A model generated the notes under the pieces. It was not told the origin of the DNA, made no database searches, and worked only from the letters and a program-made list of their open reading frames with translations. Of a stretch of DNA of 64,000 nt, positions 26,268-43,496 are shown piece after piece. How positions within the stretch are numbered: the first letter of the stretch is position 1; each line of letters opens with the position of its first letter. Source of the stretch: Eledone cirrhosa (Eukaryota); NCBI GenBank assembly GCA_964016885.1, contig OZ024760.1:1922001-1986000 (forward strand), in the 5' to 3' direction. Made by a program: the position numbers and the translations under genes.

Positions 26268-26675
26268 GTATATATATGTATATATATATATACACATATA
26301 TAAATGTAATAACAACAACAAAACAAATGGCATAGTATATTAAGGAAATATATTAATTTAAGGCTTCTTTTTCTTTCTTGGCGAAGATGAGGTTTTCTGT
26401 ATGTGTGTATGTATATATATATGTATATATATATATGTATATGTGTGTGTGTAGTAAAATGTCAGTGGATATGAAAGGAACACTGCTAAAATCTGATAAG
26501 AGAGCTGATATATTATATTATTTATTTATGTTCTTACATGGAACAAAAAGCACTGCCCAAGGATTCAAGGTCCAATCTTGCATACAATCTGGGGAGATGG
26601 TCATAATTGGACCTTGAAACCTTAGTTTGCACTTATATATATATATATATATATATAAATATACATGTTTTTTTA

Positions 26676-26732
<57 letters not shown>

Positions 26733-26958
26733 CATATATATATATATATGGTGTATATATATGGTGTGTATATATATATATGGTGTATATACAGATATAT
26801 ATGGTGTATATATATATATATATATATGTGTATATACAGATGATGTAGGACAGAACAAATGAGAGACACACAATAAAAACCTAGTCACTAAGGAGTTCAC
26901 AAATGTGTGATGAACAACCATCCAGTTATCGAACCAACCAACCGGAAATATATATATA

Positions 26959-27302
26959 TCATCATCATCATCATCATCATTTTACGTCCACTTTTCCCTG
27001 CTTACAAGGGTGGGACGGGAACTGATTCTGGCTTGATTTCTACAGCTGGATGCCCTTCCTAACACCAACCTCATTTACAGTGAGTGCTGGGTGCTTTCTT
27101 GCCGTGGCACCTCCACGACCACTTTGCAGTGGAATGATAGGGACCCCAGTCCCTATCATCTCATTTCTACAGCTGAGTAAACTGGAGTAATGTGAAATAA
27201 AGTGTCTTGCTCAAGGAAACAACACATCACCTGGTCTGAGAATTGAACTCACAACCTTTCAATTGCAAGGCCAATGCTCTAACCACTAAGCCATGTGCCT
27301 CC
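26959..27302 (-). mobile_element. SINE family B, full length
   Basis: Reverse complement of the 14117 copy. Confidence 0.85.
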
Positions 27303-27362
27303 TATACATATATATATACACACGTATATATATATATAATTATTTACAACAGTGACATATAT

Positions 27363-27408
27363 AGGTACTTAAGTTTCGTTGGGTTTTGCACCCCAACTCG
27401 TTCAGCCT
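27363..27408 (-). ncRNA. Hammerhead-like motif with a 1-nt core insertion
   Basis: Minus strand reads agg|CTGAACGA|gttggg-gtgcaaaa-cccaac|GAAA|cttaag|TA|cct. Confidence 0.6.
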
Positions 27409-27489
27409 GTTATAAAAATACAGACATCCCCCGGTGGTTGAATCTGACTTTTTTTAAAGATTATGTGAGATGTTTTTTTTTTTATGTGT

Positions 27490-27695
27490 CAGTGACTCGT
27501 CCGAGGAAGGAGCCCTACGACGTGGAGTGGCTGTTGCAGCGGGTGTCACTGCCCATTGTCCACGGGAATGCTTTTGCGGTCTTGCCTGGAGGACGACACC
27601 CCATTACCACCACGTGCTAGGCCGAGAGCCCAATCACCCTCACCCTCCTTCAGTGACACGAGAAGAGTCTTTGTCTTATTTTCCTATTTTACATT
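27490..27695 (+). mobile_element. Second CRE-like 3' stub
   Basis: KEPYDVEWLLQRVSLPIVHGNAFAVL matches the QR.S..I.RGNA motif. Confidence 0.55.
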
Positions 27696-27711
27696 CTATG
27701 ATATATCTTAC

Positions 27712-28131
27712 ATATCTATCTATCTAAGGCGGGTAAAATTCCCGAGATCCATGGATGAGTTCTCTCCAGCGGTCTCTGTCCCTCATCATCGCTGCCATGT
27801 CCTGCATCTCCAACAGACCAGTGTCTGTCCTTAGGGCATCAACATACGTTAACCTTGGTCTTCCTCTTCTAGTGTGTCCATGTAGGGGCTCCCAAAGGAG
27901 CACTGAGTGCAATGTCAACTCTGGATGTCGGTGAGGTGAGCATGTCCAGCTAACCTCAGTCTCCTCTGTGTCACTTTTGAGCTGACTTTTGGGATGCTCC
28001 CATACAGCTCTGAGTTTTTCATCCTCAGTGTATACTGATTAATGTTCAGAGCCATCCTCAGCATTCTCGTGTAGCACCCATCCACCATCTGAGTGAGTTT
28101 CTTGGTCAGTGTCCAAGTCTCAGACCCATAC
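27712..28131 (-). mobile_element. 5'-truncated RTE-clade LINE with (AGAT)n tail, frameshifted
   Basis: YGSETWTLTKK...DGCYTRMLRMALNI...RRLRLAGH / LLWEPLHGHTRRGRPRLTYVD...RDRWR. Confidence 0.85.
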
Positions 28132-28844
28132 ATCTTACATATACAACACAATATAATGTATATGATGATGATGGTGATGATAATGATGATAATAATGATG
28201 ATGATGATGATGATGATGATGACAACAATGATGATGATAATAATCATGACAATAATAATTGTTTCTACTTTAGGCACAAGGCCAGCAATTACCCAGTACA
28301 TTACTGGTACTTTATTTTATCGACCCCGTAAGGATGAAAGGCAAAGTCAACCTCGGCGGGATTTGAACTCAAACCGTAAAGGGACGTAACTCTATGCTAG
28401 AAAGCATGGCGTCCAACCCTCTACCGATACTGCCAATTAATGATGATGATAATGATGTTGATAATGATAATAATGACAATGATGGTGATAATTATGATGA
28501 TGATGATGGTGATAATGATGATAATAATAATGATGATGATGAAGATGATGATGATAATAGTAAGAATGGTGATAACATAAAATTTATGGTGTCTATGATA
28601 TATCTTACATATACAACATAATATAATGTATATGATGATGATGATGAAGATGATGATGATGATGATAACAGTGGTGATAACATATAAAATGTGTAAGATA
28701 ACCATATGGTGTCTAATGATATATCCTACACATACAACATGGTATATATGAAATATTTGGTATGTTGAAACATTGGAGATGTTATCAAATTGTTTTATGA
28801 TATCTCAACAAGAATGGAAACAAAAAAAATAATAAGGATTGATA

Positions 28845-31630
<2,786 letters not shown>

Positions 31631-31940
31631 GTCACTACAACAGCTGTCATCATCACAGACAGACCTCTGGGATATAATTTATACCAGTGACTAGTGGTTA
31701 GTCTTTTGTAAAGAAGTAATCTCTATACACATATATTTACATATACATACACACATATATATATTTATTTACACACACACATATCTATGAATATATATAT
31801 ATATATATATATAAATGAAAATATATAAATAAATATATATATAAATGAAAATATATAAATAAATATATATATATATTTATTATTTGTGTATATATGTTTG
31901 ATTTGAAAAGAACTTGATTCCCCAATAGACCTGTAGATCC

Positions 31941-32336
31941 ATCATCATCATCATTTCATCATTTCATTTTACGTCCGCTTTTTCCCTGCTTGCAAGGGTG
32001 GGACGGGAACTGATGCTGGCTTGATTTCTACAGCTGGATGCCCTTCCTAACACCAACCTCATTTACAATGAGTACTGGGTGCTTTTTTTCTGTGGCACCT
32101 CCACGACCACTTTGCAGTGTGGGCTGGGTGCTTTTTTGCCGTGGCACCTCCACGACCACTTTGCAGTGGAATTATATGGACCCCAGTCCCTATCATCTCA
32201 TTTCTACAGCTGAGTAAACTGGAACAATGTGAAATAAAGTGTCTTGCTCAAGGAAACACATCACCCGGTCTGAGAATTGAACTCACAACCTTTCGATTGC
32301 AAGGCCAATGCTCTAACCACTAAGCCATGTGCCTCC
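31941..32336 (-). mobile_element. SINE family B with an internal duplication
   Basis: As above; gtggcacctccacgaccactttgcagtg is present twice. Confidence 0.85.
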
Positions 32337-32344
32337 ATATACGT

Positions 32345-32390
<46 letters not shown>

Positions 32391-32463
32391 AGACAGCTTC
32401 CAAAAATAATGGCTGCATTTAATAGAGTACGTCAAAATTATTTATAAAACTGTTTATATATTG

Positions 32464-32528
32464 TATTTTGTCTGATGAAGGCATACCATATTTTAATTTG
32501 GTATCCCTGAAATATGTATAATGAAATA
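32464..32528 (+). ncRNA. Type I hammerhead ribozyme in a short (AT)n-flanked element (about 32389-32658)
   Basis: tattttgt|CTGATGA|aggcatacca-tattttaatt-tggtatccct|GAAA|tatgta|TA|atgaaata, with outer helix atttataaaac/gttttataaat. Confidence 0.8.
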
Positions 32529-32655
32529 AATATGGTTTTATAAATATAGTTTCCATTTATTAATATCGTATATCTACTCCAAAAACTTGTCGAGTGCTTT
32601 ATATCAGTTATAAAATATTTACTTGTTGTATCCCAACAATTTTAAATAGAACTTT

Positions 32656-32717
<62 letters not shown>

Positions 32718-33089
32718 TATATATATATATACATACATATATTGGTTGGCATCAGGAAGGGCATCCAGCCGTAGAAAACCACCTAGAAACATTCCTATAT
32801 GAGTGAGACACGGGCACCTAACCCAACCCTGCCTCTAATGGGACAAAGCCGTCTAACCCAAGCTAGCGTGGAAGATGGAAATTAACGATGATGATGATAT
32901 ATATATATATATACATATATATATCTATATATATATATGTGTGTGTGTGTGTATATATGTTTGATTTGAAAAGAACTTGATTCCCCAATAGACCTGTAGA
33001 TCTATATACGTACATATATATATATATATATATATTTATGCATATATATATGTAGATATATATTAGATCAAATATGTAATTAAAGTATG

Positions 33090-33131
<42 letters not shown>

Positions 33132-33314
33132 GGTTGATTTGTAAAGAATTTGATACTAGAGTAGATCTGTAGACATGTTGTAGATCAAACAACAGGCAAT
33201 ATAAGATATTGCATCAAAGACTGCCATCACTATTTGAAACAATATGTGTGTGTATATATATATATATATATGTATTTATCTATGTGTGTATATATATATA
33301 TATATATATGTATC

Positions 33315-33345
<31 letters not shown>

Positions 33346-33532
33346 TCATACATATATATGCCTATATATAGAGAGAGAGATATTTATTAAAATAACAGAT
33401 TATTACTATATATATAGATATATATACATACATATATATATATATATGCATATACATATATATATATATATATATATACATAGATACATGTACATGCACA
33501 CACACATAAATGCACATCTATCTATATGTGTG

Positions 33533-33598
<66 letters not shown>

Positions 33599-33618
33599 CA
33601 CACACATACACATGTGTA

Positions 33619-33650
<32 letters not shown>

Positions 33651-33930
33651 CATACATATATATACACACACATACACATGTGTATCTCTGTGTGTATATA
33701 TATATATATATATATGCACATATACATATTTGAATATATGTATGTGTGTGTTTATATATATATATATATACATACATACATATATATACACACACATACA
33801 CATGTGTATCTCTGTGTGTGTGTATATATATATGTATATGCACATATACATATTTGAATATATGTATATGTGTGTTTATATATATATATATACATACATA
33901 CATATATATACACACACATACACATGTGTA

Positions 33931-33972
<42 letters not shown>

Positions 33973-34448
33973 TGCACATATACATATTTGAATATATCTA
34001 TGTGTGTGTTTATATATATATATATATATAAACACACACATAGATATATTCAAATATGATGATGATGATGATAATGATATGTGCCTGTGTGTGTGTGCAT
34101 GTGTATGTGTATGAACGAGTGTGTGCGTGTGCATGGGTCTATGTGCAGGTGCGTCTGTACAGGTAATAAATTATTGAATTTGTATATAAATCTTTCCCAA
34201 TAGTTTTAAAATGTTTATTACCAAAAAAGACAACAAAAAGAGTAACCCTGATAATGGCAGCCGAAGTAGGAATGGAATTAAAAGACAAAACAAAACATAA
34301 AGAAAAAGAACAACAAAAATATATTGGAAAATATGCTGCATTAAAAGTCAAAGAAATTCCAGGGAGAAATTCAAGAATCAAATGCATATTGTATTAGATA
34401 GAAAGTTTAATAGTTCTGTCACTGTTATTACTATTATTATTACCATTA

Positions 34449-34486
<38 letters not shown>

Positions 34487-35611
34487 AAGGGCGGTGGATT
34501 GGCAGTATCGGTGGAGAGCCGGGCGCCATGCTATGCAGTGTAGAATTATGGCCCTTTACGGTCTGAGTTGAAATTCCGCCGAGGTTAACTTTGCCTTTCA
34601 TCCTTACGGGGTCGATAAAATAAAGTACCAGTAATGCACTGGAGTAATTGCTGGCCTTGTGCCACAAGTAGAAACAATTATTATTATTATTTTTATTATT
34701 ATTAAGATTGGCAGCATCGGTAGAGAGTCGGACGCCATGCTTTGCAGCATAGAGTTACAGCCCTTTATGATCTGAGTTCAAATCCTGCCGAGGTTAACTT
34801 TGCCTTTCATCCTTACGGGGTTGATAAAATAAAGTACCAGTAATACACTGGGGTCGATTTAATCGACTTTCCCTTAACCCCAAATTACTGGCCTTGCACC
34901 TATAGTAGAAACCATTATTACTGGTCAATAAAATAAAGTACCAGTAACACACTGGGGCCAATTTAATCGACTTTCCTATCCCTCAAAATTGTTGGCATTG
35001 TGCCTAAATCAGAACCCATTTTTATTATTGGTAGGAGTTGTGATAGTAGTAGTTGTAGCAAATCACATTTGGTTTACAGAATCACAGCCGTGTATACCTG
35101 TGAGCTAGTTAACAGATATCACAACTTCTTTCTAAAAAACCAGCTGATGAAGGTGGTCCTAAGTTTGGTTACCAAACAAACACATAATAAACAAACACAT
35201 AATACAATAAGTGTCTCTTTACCAAACCCATTTCATGAAGAAAACCACAGGTCTGGCTTTCAAAAATATAGCTTGTGAACTTGTTTATAGCTTGTTTATA
35301 CCTGTGAGCTTGTTTATAGCTAAAACTATTACATTTTTCTCGAAAACTAGCTAGGTGAGAGTCACAATTGATTGATTCACAGAAACACACGGCCATATAT
35401 TAGCACTAATAGATATTCAAATATATATATTTTATAGTGGTTTTCTCTGCTCTGCTCTTTAACTCCATTGCATATTTTATCATGTTGACTAAAATCGTAG
35501 CTTCAATTTACTAACATATATTTTTACTATTTGCTGAGCTTTTTGTGATAATATGACTCAGTTTAGCTGAATTAAGATGTGTTATGTGTAACATAAATAT
35601 GTCTGAATCAT

Positions 35612-35674
<63 letters not shown>

Positions 35675-35812
35675 AAATATATATATGCAGTCCCATAGCA
35701 GATGGAATATAAATATTTATGATTTGGCTTCTTTAGCAAATTATATATACATATATATCATCATCATCGTTTAACGTCCATCTTCCATGCTAGCATGGGT
35801 TAGATGGTATAT

Positions 35813-35884
<72 letters not shown>

Positions 35885-36044
35885 ATCCATTTACCCTGAT
35901 ATATATATTACCCAGATATATATTTATATATCAATGTATATATATGCATATATATACATTGATAATGAGAGTTGCTGGTGACATTTCAACTATGTTGAAG
36001 AGCCTAGAATGAATTATAAATAGAAAATATTCCCTGGCACCACA

Positions 36045-36815
36045 CCTACAACTACCACCGCCTCAACCACCACCACTACTACCTAAACTACTGGCACCAC
36101 CATCATCTCAACCACCACCGCCTCAACCACCACCACTACTACCTAAACTACTGGCACCACCATCATCTCAACTACCACCGCCTCAACCACCACCACTACT
36201 ACCTAAACTACTGGCACCACCATCATCTCAACCACCACCACCCCTACAATCTCAACCACCACCACCTCAACCACCAGCACCACTACCTAAACTACAGGCA
36301 CCACCATCATCTCAACCACCAGCACCACTACCACCTCAACCACCACCACCTCAACTACCAGCACCACTACCATCTCAACCACCACCAACTCAACCACGAG
36401 CACCACCACTACCACCTCAACCACCACCACCACTACCACCTCAACCACGAGCACTACTACCATCTCAACCACCACCAACTCAACCACCAGCACCACTACC
36501 ACCTCAACCACCACCACCACTACCACCTCAACCACCAGCACCACTACCATCTCAACCATCACCACCTCAACCACCAACACCACTACCATCTCAACCACCA
36601 GCACCACCACTACCACCTCAACCACGAGCACCACCATCATCTCAACCACCAACACCACTACCCCTACCACTTCAATCACCCCCACCACTACCACCACCAC
36701 CCTCACCACCACCACCACCACCACCACTACCACCACCGATACCACCCTCACCACCACCACCACCAACACCACCAAACAACACTACCACCACCACCACCAC
36801 CCTCACCACCACTAC
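36045..36815. repeat. 60-bp repeat (3 copies) grading into (ACC)n-rich minisatellite
   Basis: Lines starting 36061, 36121 and 36181 are nearly identical. Confidence 0.9.
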
Positions 36816-37692
36816 TTTGGAAAATCACAATTTTCATGGCTAATGAATGATTAATTGCATGATTTTAGACTATTAACAGAGAGGAGCTGAACTAATGGAG
36901 AGAGAGAGAGAGGGGGAGGGGGTTGATGTGTGTGTATATATATATATAGTGAGAGAGAGAGAGAGTTTGTTGTGGATGTGTGTGTATATATATATATATA
37001 TAGTGAGATAGAGGGAGAGAAAGAGAGAAGAAAAGAGAGAAAGAGAAAGGGATGTGTGTGTGTATATATATATATATAGGGAGTGAGAGAGATGGATGTG
37101 TGTGTGTGTATATAGTGAGACAGGGAGATAGATAGCTTGAGAGAGAGAGAGAGAGAGAGTGAGAGAGAAATGGTGACGAGACAGAGAGAGAGAAGGAAAG
37201 AGAGAGGTTGACACAGAGAGAGGGGGTAGGGTGGTGAGACAGAGAGAGAGGGGGTAGGGTGGTGAGAGGGAAAGAGAGAGAGGTTGAGAGAGAAAAAGAG
37301 GTAGGATGACGAGAGAGAGGGAGAGACACAGAGTGGTAGGGTGGTGAGACAGAGAGAGAGAGAGAGGGTAGGGTGGTAAGGCAGGGAGAGAAAGAGGGTA
37401 GGGTGGTAAGGCAGAGAGAGAGAGATAGTAAAATTGATAATTCAAATGTTATTATCCATACGCTTGCATGCATACTGGGTGTTTGTATATGTGTGTATAT
37501 ATATATGTGTGTGTATATATATATGTGTGTGTGTGTATATATATATGTGTGTGTGTGTATATATATATGTGTGTGTGTGTATTTATATATATATATACAC
37601 ATATACATATATATATATGTCCCATATATATATATATATATATACACACATCTATGTGTTTGTGTATGTAAATACATTTCTACACATTGATA

Positions 37693-37724
<32 letters not shown>

Positions 37725-37771
37725 TATATTATATATTTATATATTAATATATACATATATATATATATACG

Positions 37772-37877
<106 letters not shown>

Positions 37878-37886
37878 TATATATAT

Positions 37887-37935
<49 letters not shown>

Positions 37936-37941
37936 CACATG

Positions 37942-37991
<50 letters not shown>

Positions 37992-38006
37992 TATATACAT
38001 ACATAG

Positions 38007-38069
<63 letters not shown>

Positions 38070-38279
38070 CACACCACCACACACACGTGTGTCTGATGGT
38101 GTGTATAATCGGTAGACTTAAAATGGCTAAATAACTCAACAATAACTAAATTATCTCAGAGATATTTTAGCCACATAATCCAATTATCTAACCCCTAAAA
38201 TGTTTGTTATGCCCTCCTCTCAATACATTTTATACTGTTTATAGTTATGTTTTAGTTGTATGGAAGGGGCTGTGAGGTG

Positions 38280-38398
38280 GTGGCTGGTAAGTGCATGTAT
38301 ATAGATATTAGTATGTATATATTTGTATGTCTGTTGGTTGGTTTCTTGCATGAGTATATGTTTGTGTTTTTTATAGAGATAAGTGTGTCTGTTGGCTG

Positions 38399-38474
<76 letters not shown>

Positions 38475-38536
38475 ATGTGTGTGTGTTTTATAGAGATAAG
38501 TGTGTGTATATTTGTGCGTCTGTTGGCTGGTAAGTG

Positions 38537-38569
<33 letters not shown>

Positions 38570-38683
38570 TTTTTATAGATATAAGTGTGTATATTTGTGC
38601 ATCTGTTGGTTTGTAAGTGTATGTATATATATGTGTGTGTTTTTGTATAGATATAAGTGTGTATATATTTGTGAGTCTGTAAG

Positions 38684-38715
<32 letters not shown>

Positions 38716-38855
38716 CACTTACCAGCCAACAGATACACAAATATATACACACTTATCTCTATAAAAAACACACACATATATATATATACATACACTTACA
38801 AACCAACAGACGCACAAATATATACACACTTATCTCTATAAAAAACACACATATA

Positions 38856-38893
<38 letters not shown>

Positions 38894-38951
38894 CTTACCA
38901 GCCAAAAGACACACAAATATACACACACTTATATCTATAAAATACACACAA

Positions 38952-39009
<58 letters not shown>

Positions 39010-39058
39010 TTACCAGCCAACAGACGCACAAATATACACACACTTATCTCTATAAAAT

Positions 39059-39095
<37 letters not shown>

Positions 39096-39153
39096 CACTT
39101 ACCAGCCAACAGACGCACAAATATACACACACTTATATCTATAAAACATACAA

Positions 39154-39184
<31 letters not shown>

Positions 39185-39234
39185 CACTTACCAGCCAAAA
39201 GACACACAAATATACACACACTTATATCTATAAA

Positions 39235-39265
<31 letters not shown>

Positions 39266-39316
39266 CACTTACCAGCCAAAAGACGCACAAATATACACAC
39301 ACTTATCTCTATAAAA

Positions 39317-39347
<31 letters not shown>

Positions 39348-39403
39348 CATACACTTACAAACCAACAGACACACAAATATATACACACTTATCTCTATAA
39401 AAA

Positions 39404-39439
<36 letters not shown>

Positions 39440-39567
39440 TTACCAGCCAACAGACGCACAAATATATACACACTTATCTCTATAAAAAACACACATATAT
39501 ATATATATATACATACACTTACAAACCAACAGACGCACAAATATATACACACTTATCTCTATAAAAA

Positions 39568-39598
<31 letters not shown>

Positions 39599-39657
39599 CA
39601 CTTACCAGCCAACAGATACACAAATATATACACACTTATATCTATAAAACACACACG

Positions 39658-39694
<37 letters not shown>

Positions 39695-39743
39695 TTACCA
39701 GCCAAAAGACGCACAAATATACACACACTTATATCTATAAAAT

Positions 39744-39784
<41 letters not shown>

Positions 39785-39838
39785 CACACTTACCAGCCAA
39801 CAGACGCACAAATATACACACACTTATCTCTATAAAAT

Positions 39839-39886
<48 letters not shown>

Positions 39887-39942
39887 TTACCAGCCAAAAG
39901 ACGCACAAATATACACACACTTATATCTATAAAACACACACG

Positions 39943-39981
<39 letters not shown>

Positions 39982-40030
39982 TTACCAGCCAAAAGACGCA
40001 CAAATATACACACACTTATATCTATAACAT

Positions 40031-40065
<35 letters not shown>

Positions 40066-40117
40066 CACTTACCAGCCAACAGACGCACAAATATACACAC
40101 ACTTATCTCTATAAAAT

Positions 40118-40152
<35 letters not shown>

Positions 40153-40290
40153 CACTTACCAGCCAAAAGACGCACAAATATACACACACTTATATCTATA
40201 AAAAACACATATATATATATATATATATATACATACACTTACCAGCCAACAGATATACAAATATATACACACTTATCTCTATAAAAAACA
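38280..40290. repeat. Minisatellite: constant about 50-bp block (cacttaccagccaacagacgcacaaatatacacacacttatctctataaaa) separated by variable (AC)(AT)n; orientation flips near 38700
   Basis: Minus-oriented copies 38280-38685, plus-oriented copies 38715-40290. Confidence 0.9.
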
Positions 40291-40311
40291 CATATGTTGA
40301 CATATGTTGTT

Positions 40312-40431
40312 GCCCTAAGGACAGACACAGGTCTGTTGGAGATGCAGGATATGGCAGCGATGATGAGGGACAGAGACCACTGGAGAGAACTTGTCCATGG
40401 ATCTCGGGAATTTTACCCACCCTAGATAGAT
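40312..40431 (+). mobile_element. Short 3' stub of the same RTE as 27712-28131
   Basis: Near reverse complement of 27715-27837, ending tagatagata. Confidence 0.8.
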
Positions 40432-40707
40432 ATATGTGCACTTCTGTGTGTATATCTGCATGTGTGTTTGTGAAAGTATATCTGTGTGTGTGTATTTCTA
40501 TATGTATGTATGCATGTGTGTGTATGTGTATTTTCATATATGCGTGTCCATGTGTGTGTGTGTTTTATAATGGATATTAATGTGTATACTATTATGTGTG
40601 TGTATATATTTGTATATATATGGGCATGTGTGTGTGTGTATATTTGTATGCAAGCGTGTATATATATATATATATATATACATACACACGTACACACACA
40701 CACATAT

Positions 40708-40742
<35 letters not shown>

Positions 40743-40800
40743 ATATATATACATATACATACATAAATATATATATACACATACACACTCACACATATAT

Positions 40801-40835
<35 letters not shown>

Positions 40836-40891
40836 ATAGATATACATATATATACATAAATATATATATACACATACACACACACACATAT

Positions 40892-40926
<35 letters not shown>

Positions 40927-41210
40927 ATAGATATACATATACATACATAAATATATATATACACATACACACACACACATATATATACATATATACATAT
41001 ATATATGTACATAATATATATACATATATATACATAAATATATATATACACATACACACACATATATATACATATATACATATATATATGTACATAATAG
41101 ATATACATATATATACATAAATATATATATACACATATATATATACATAATATATATACAAATACAAATATATACAGAACTGTGTAATTTTGTTTCCTGT
41201 GTTTTGTTTC

Positions 41211-41275
<65 letters not shown>

Positions 41276-41842
41276 TAGATATATATATATATAGATATTT
41301 AAGCTTTATTATTTAATTAACTGCTGGCTGGCTCTGTTCTACAGATTAAGCTATCATTAGTTGGAGCAGCCAGTCATATCCATTTTCCTAAAAAATAGGA
41401 TAATTTGATAAATAAATATATAAATAAATATAAAAATAAATATATAAATAAATAAATAAATAAATATATAAATAAATATATAAATGAATAAATATATAAA
41501 TAAATATATATATAAATAAATAAATATAAAAATAAATAAATATATAAATAAATAAATAAATATATAAATAAATATATAAATGAATAAATATATAAATAAA
41601 TATATAAATATATAAATATATAAATAAATATATAAATAAATAGAGAAAAAAACAAAATAAAATAATATGAAAAGTAAATAAATTAATTGAATAAACCCGA
41701 CTGGGAAGAAAAACGTCTTGATTGGGTAAAATTTCCCAATTTAGGGATATACACAAGATAGATAGTTCTGACACCCCTCCTTGTAGTCACTTGGACTGGA
41801 CCAGACGTGACCAGACCAAGCCATTGTTATTACCATGTTTAG

Positions 41843-42320
41843 ATAATTGTTTCTACTTTAGGCACAAGGCCAGCAATTACCCAGTACATTACTGGTACTT
41901 TATTTTATCGACCCCGTAAGGATGAAAGGCAAAGTCAACCTCGGCGGGATTTGAACTCAGATCGTAAAGGGACGTAACTATGCTGGAAAGCATGTCCGAC
42001 CCTCTACCGATACTGCCATGGTGTCCAACCCTCTACCGATACTGCCATGGTGTCCAACCCTCTACCGATACTGCCATGGTGTCCAACTCTCTACCGATAC
42101 TGCCATGGTGTCCAACCCTCTACCGATACTGCCATGGTGTCCGACTCTCTACCGATACTGCCATGGTGTCCAACCCTCTACCGATACTGCCATGGTGTCC
42201 AACCCTCTACCGATACTGCCATGGTGTCCGACCCTCTACCGATACTGCCATGGTGTCTGACCCTCTACTGATACTGCCATGGTGTCCGACTCTCTACCGA
42301 TACTGCCAATCCACCGCCCA
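41843..42320 (-). mobile_element. SINE family A whose head is expanded into about 11 tandem 29-mers
   Basis: gtccraccctctaccgatactgccatggt repeats from about 41994 to 42309. Confidence 0.85.
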
Positions 42321-43461
42321 TTTTATTTATATATAATGATAACATCATGTTATTTTCTTATTGTTATTGTTGTTGTTGTTATTGCTCCTGTTGTTGTTGT
42401 TGTTGTTGTTGTTATTGATATTGTTGTTGTTATTGATATTGTTGTTATTGTTGTTGTTGTTAGCTTTTGCTGTTGTTGTTGGATGCTGTTGTTGTTGTTA
42501 TTGTTGCTGCTGCTGCTGTTGTTGTTATGGTTGCTGCTGTTATTGTTGCTGTTGTTGTTGTTGTTGTTATTATTTTTGCTGTTGTTGTTATTGTTGTTGC
42601 TGTTATTTATTATTGTTGCTGTTGTTGTTGCTACTGTTGCAGTTGTTACTGTTATCGTTGTAGTTGTTCTTGTTTCTGTTGCTGCTGCTGCTTTTGTTGT
42701 TGTTGTTGTTGTTGTTACTTACAGTTTCATTTAAATTCCAACCAATCATCCTAACTACCCTTCACTTTAGTTGGCACATGACATAGATGAACAGCTCTGG
42801 GTCAACATCATCATCATCATCATCACCACCACCACCATCACCACCATCACCATCACCATCATCATCACCATCACCATCATTATCACCATCATCATCATTA
42901 TTATCACCATCATCATCATCATCACAATCATCATCACCACCATCATCATCATTATCACCATCATTATCATTATTATCACCATCATCATCATCATCACCAT
43001 CACAAACTTCATTATCATCATCATCATCATCATTACAATTACAATTATCATTATCATTATCATTATCATCATTCAAATCGCGCCGACTTCACTTTGCCTT
43101 TTATCCTTACGGGGTCGATAAAATAAAGTACCAGTAATGAACTGGGTAATTGCTGGCCTTGTGCCAAAAAGTAGAAACAATTATTAAAATTATCATTAAT
43201 ACAATTATTAATATTATAATTATCACCATCATCATTATAATTATTATTAATTATATTCAAATCCTGTTGAGATTAACTTTGCCTTTCATCCTTACGGGTC
43301 GGTAAAATAAAGTACCAGTAATGTACTGGGGTCGATTTAATCGACTTTCCCCTCCCCCAAAATTGCTGGCCTTGTGCCTAAAGTAGAAATCATTATTACA
43401 TCTATCGTGTTTTTCTTCATGTTAGCCCTTGTGGCCAATAAAGAAACCATTATTAACATTA

Positions 43462-43496
<35 letters not shown>

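Noticed and set aside
35138-35185. Hammerhead-like CTGATGA-aggtggtc...ggttacc-AAAC
   Set aside because: GAAA, stem III and NUH are missing; too degenerate to call. The same applies to about 22410-22450(-) and to the centre of the 2820-3033 palindrome.
38715-40290. CRISPR-like constant repeat with variable spacers
   Set aside because: Spacers are just (AC)/(AT) runs of variable length, the context is eukaryotic and no cas genes are present.
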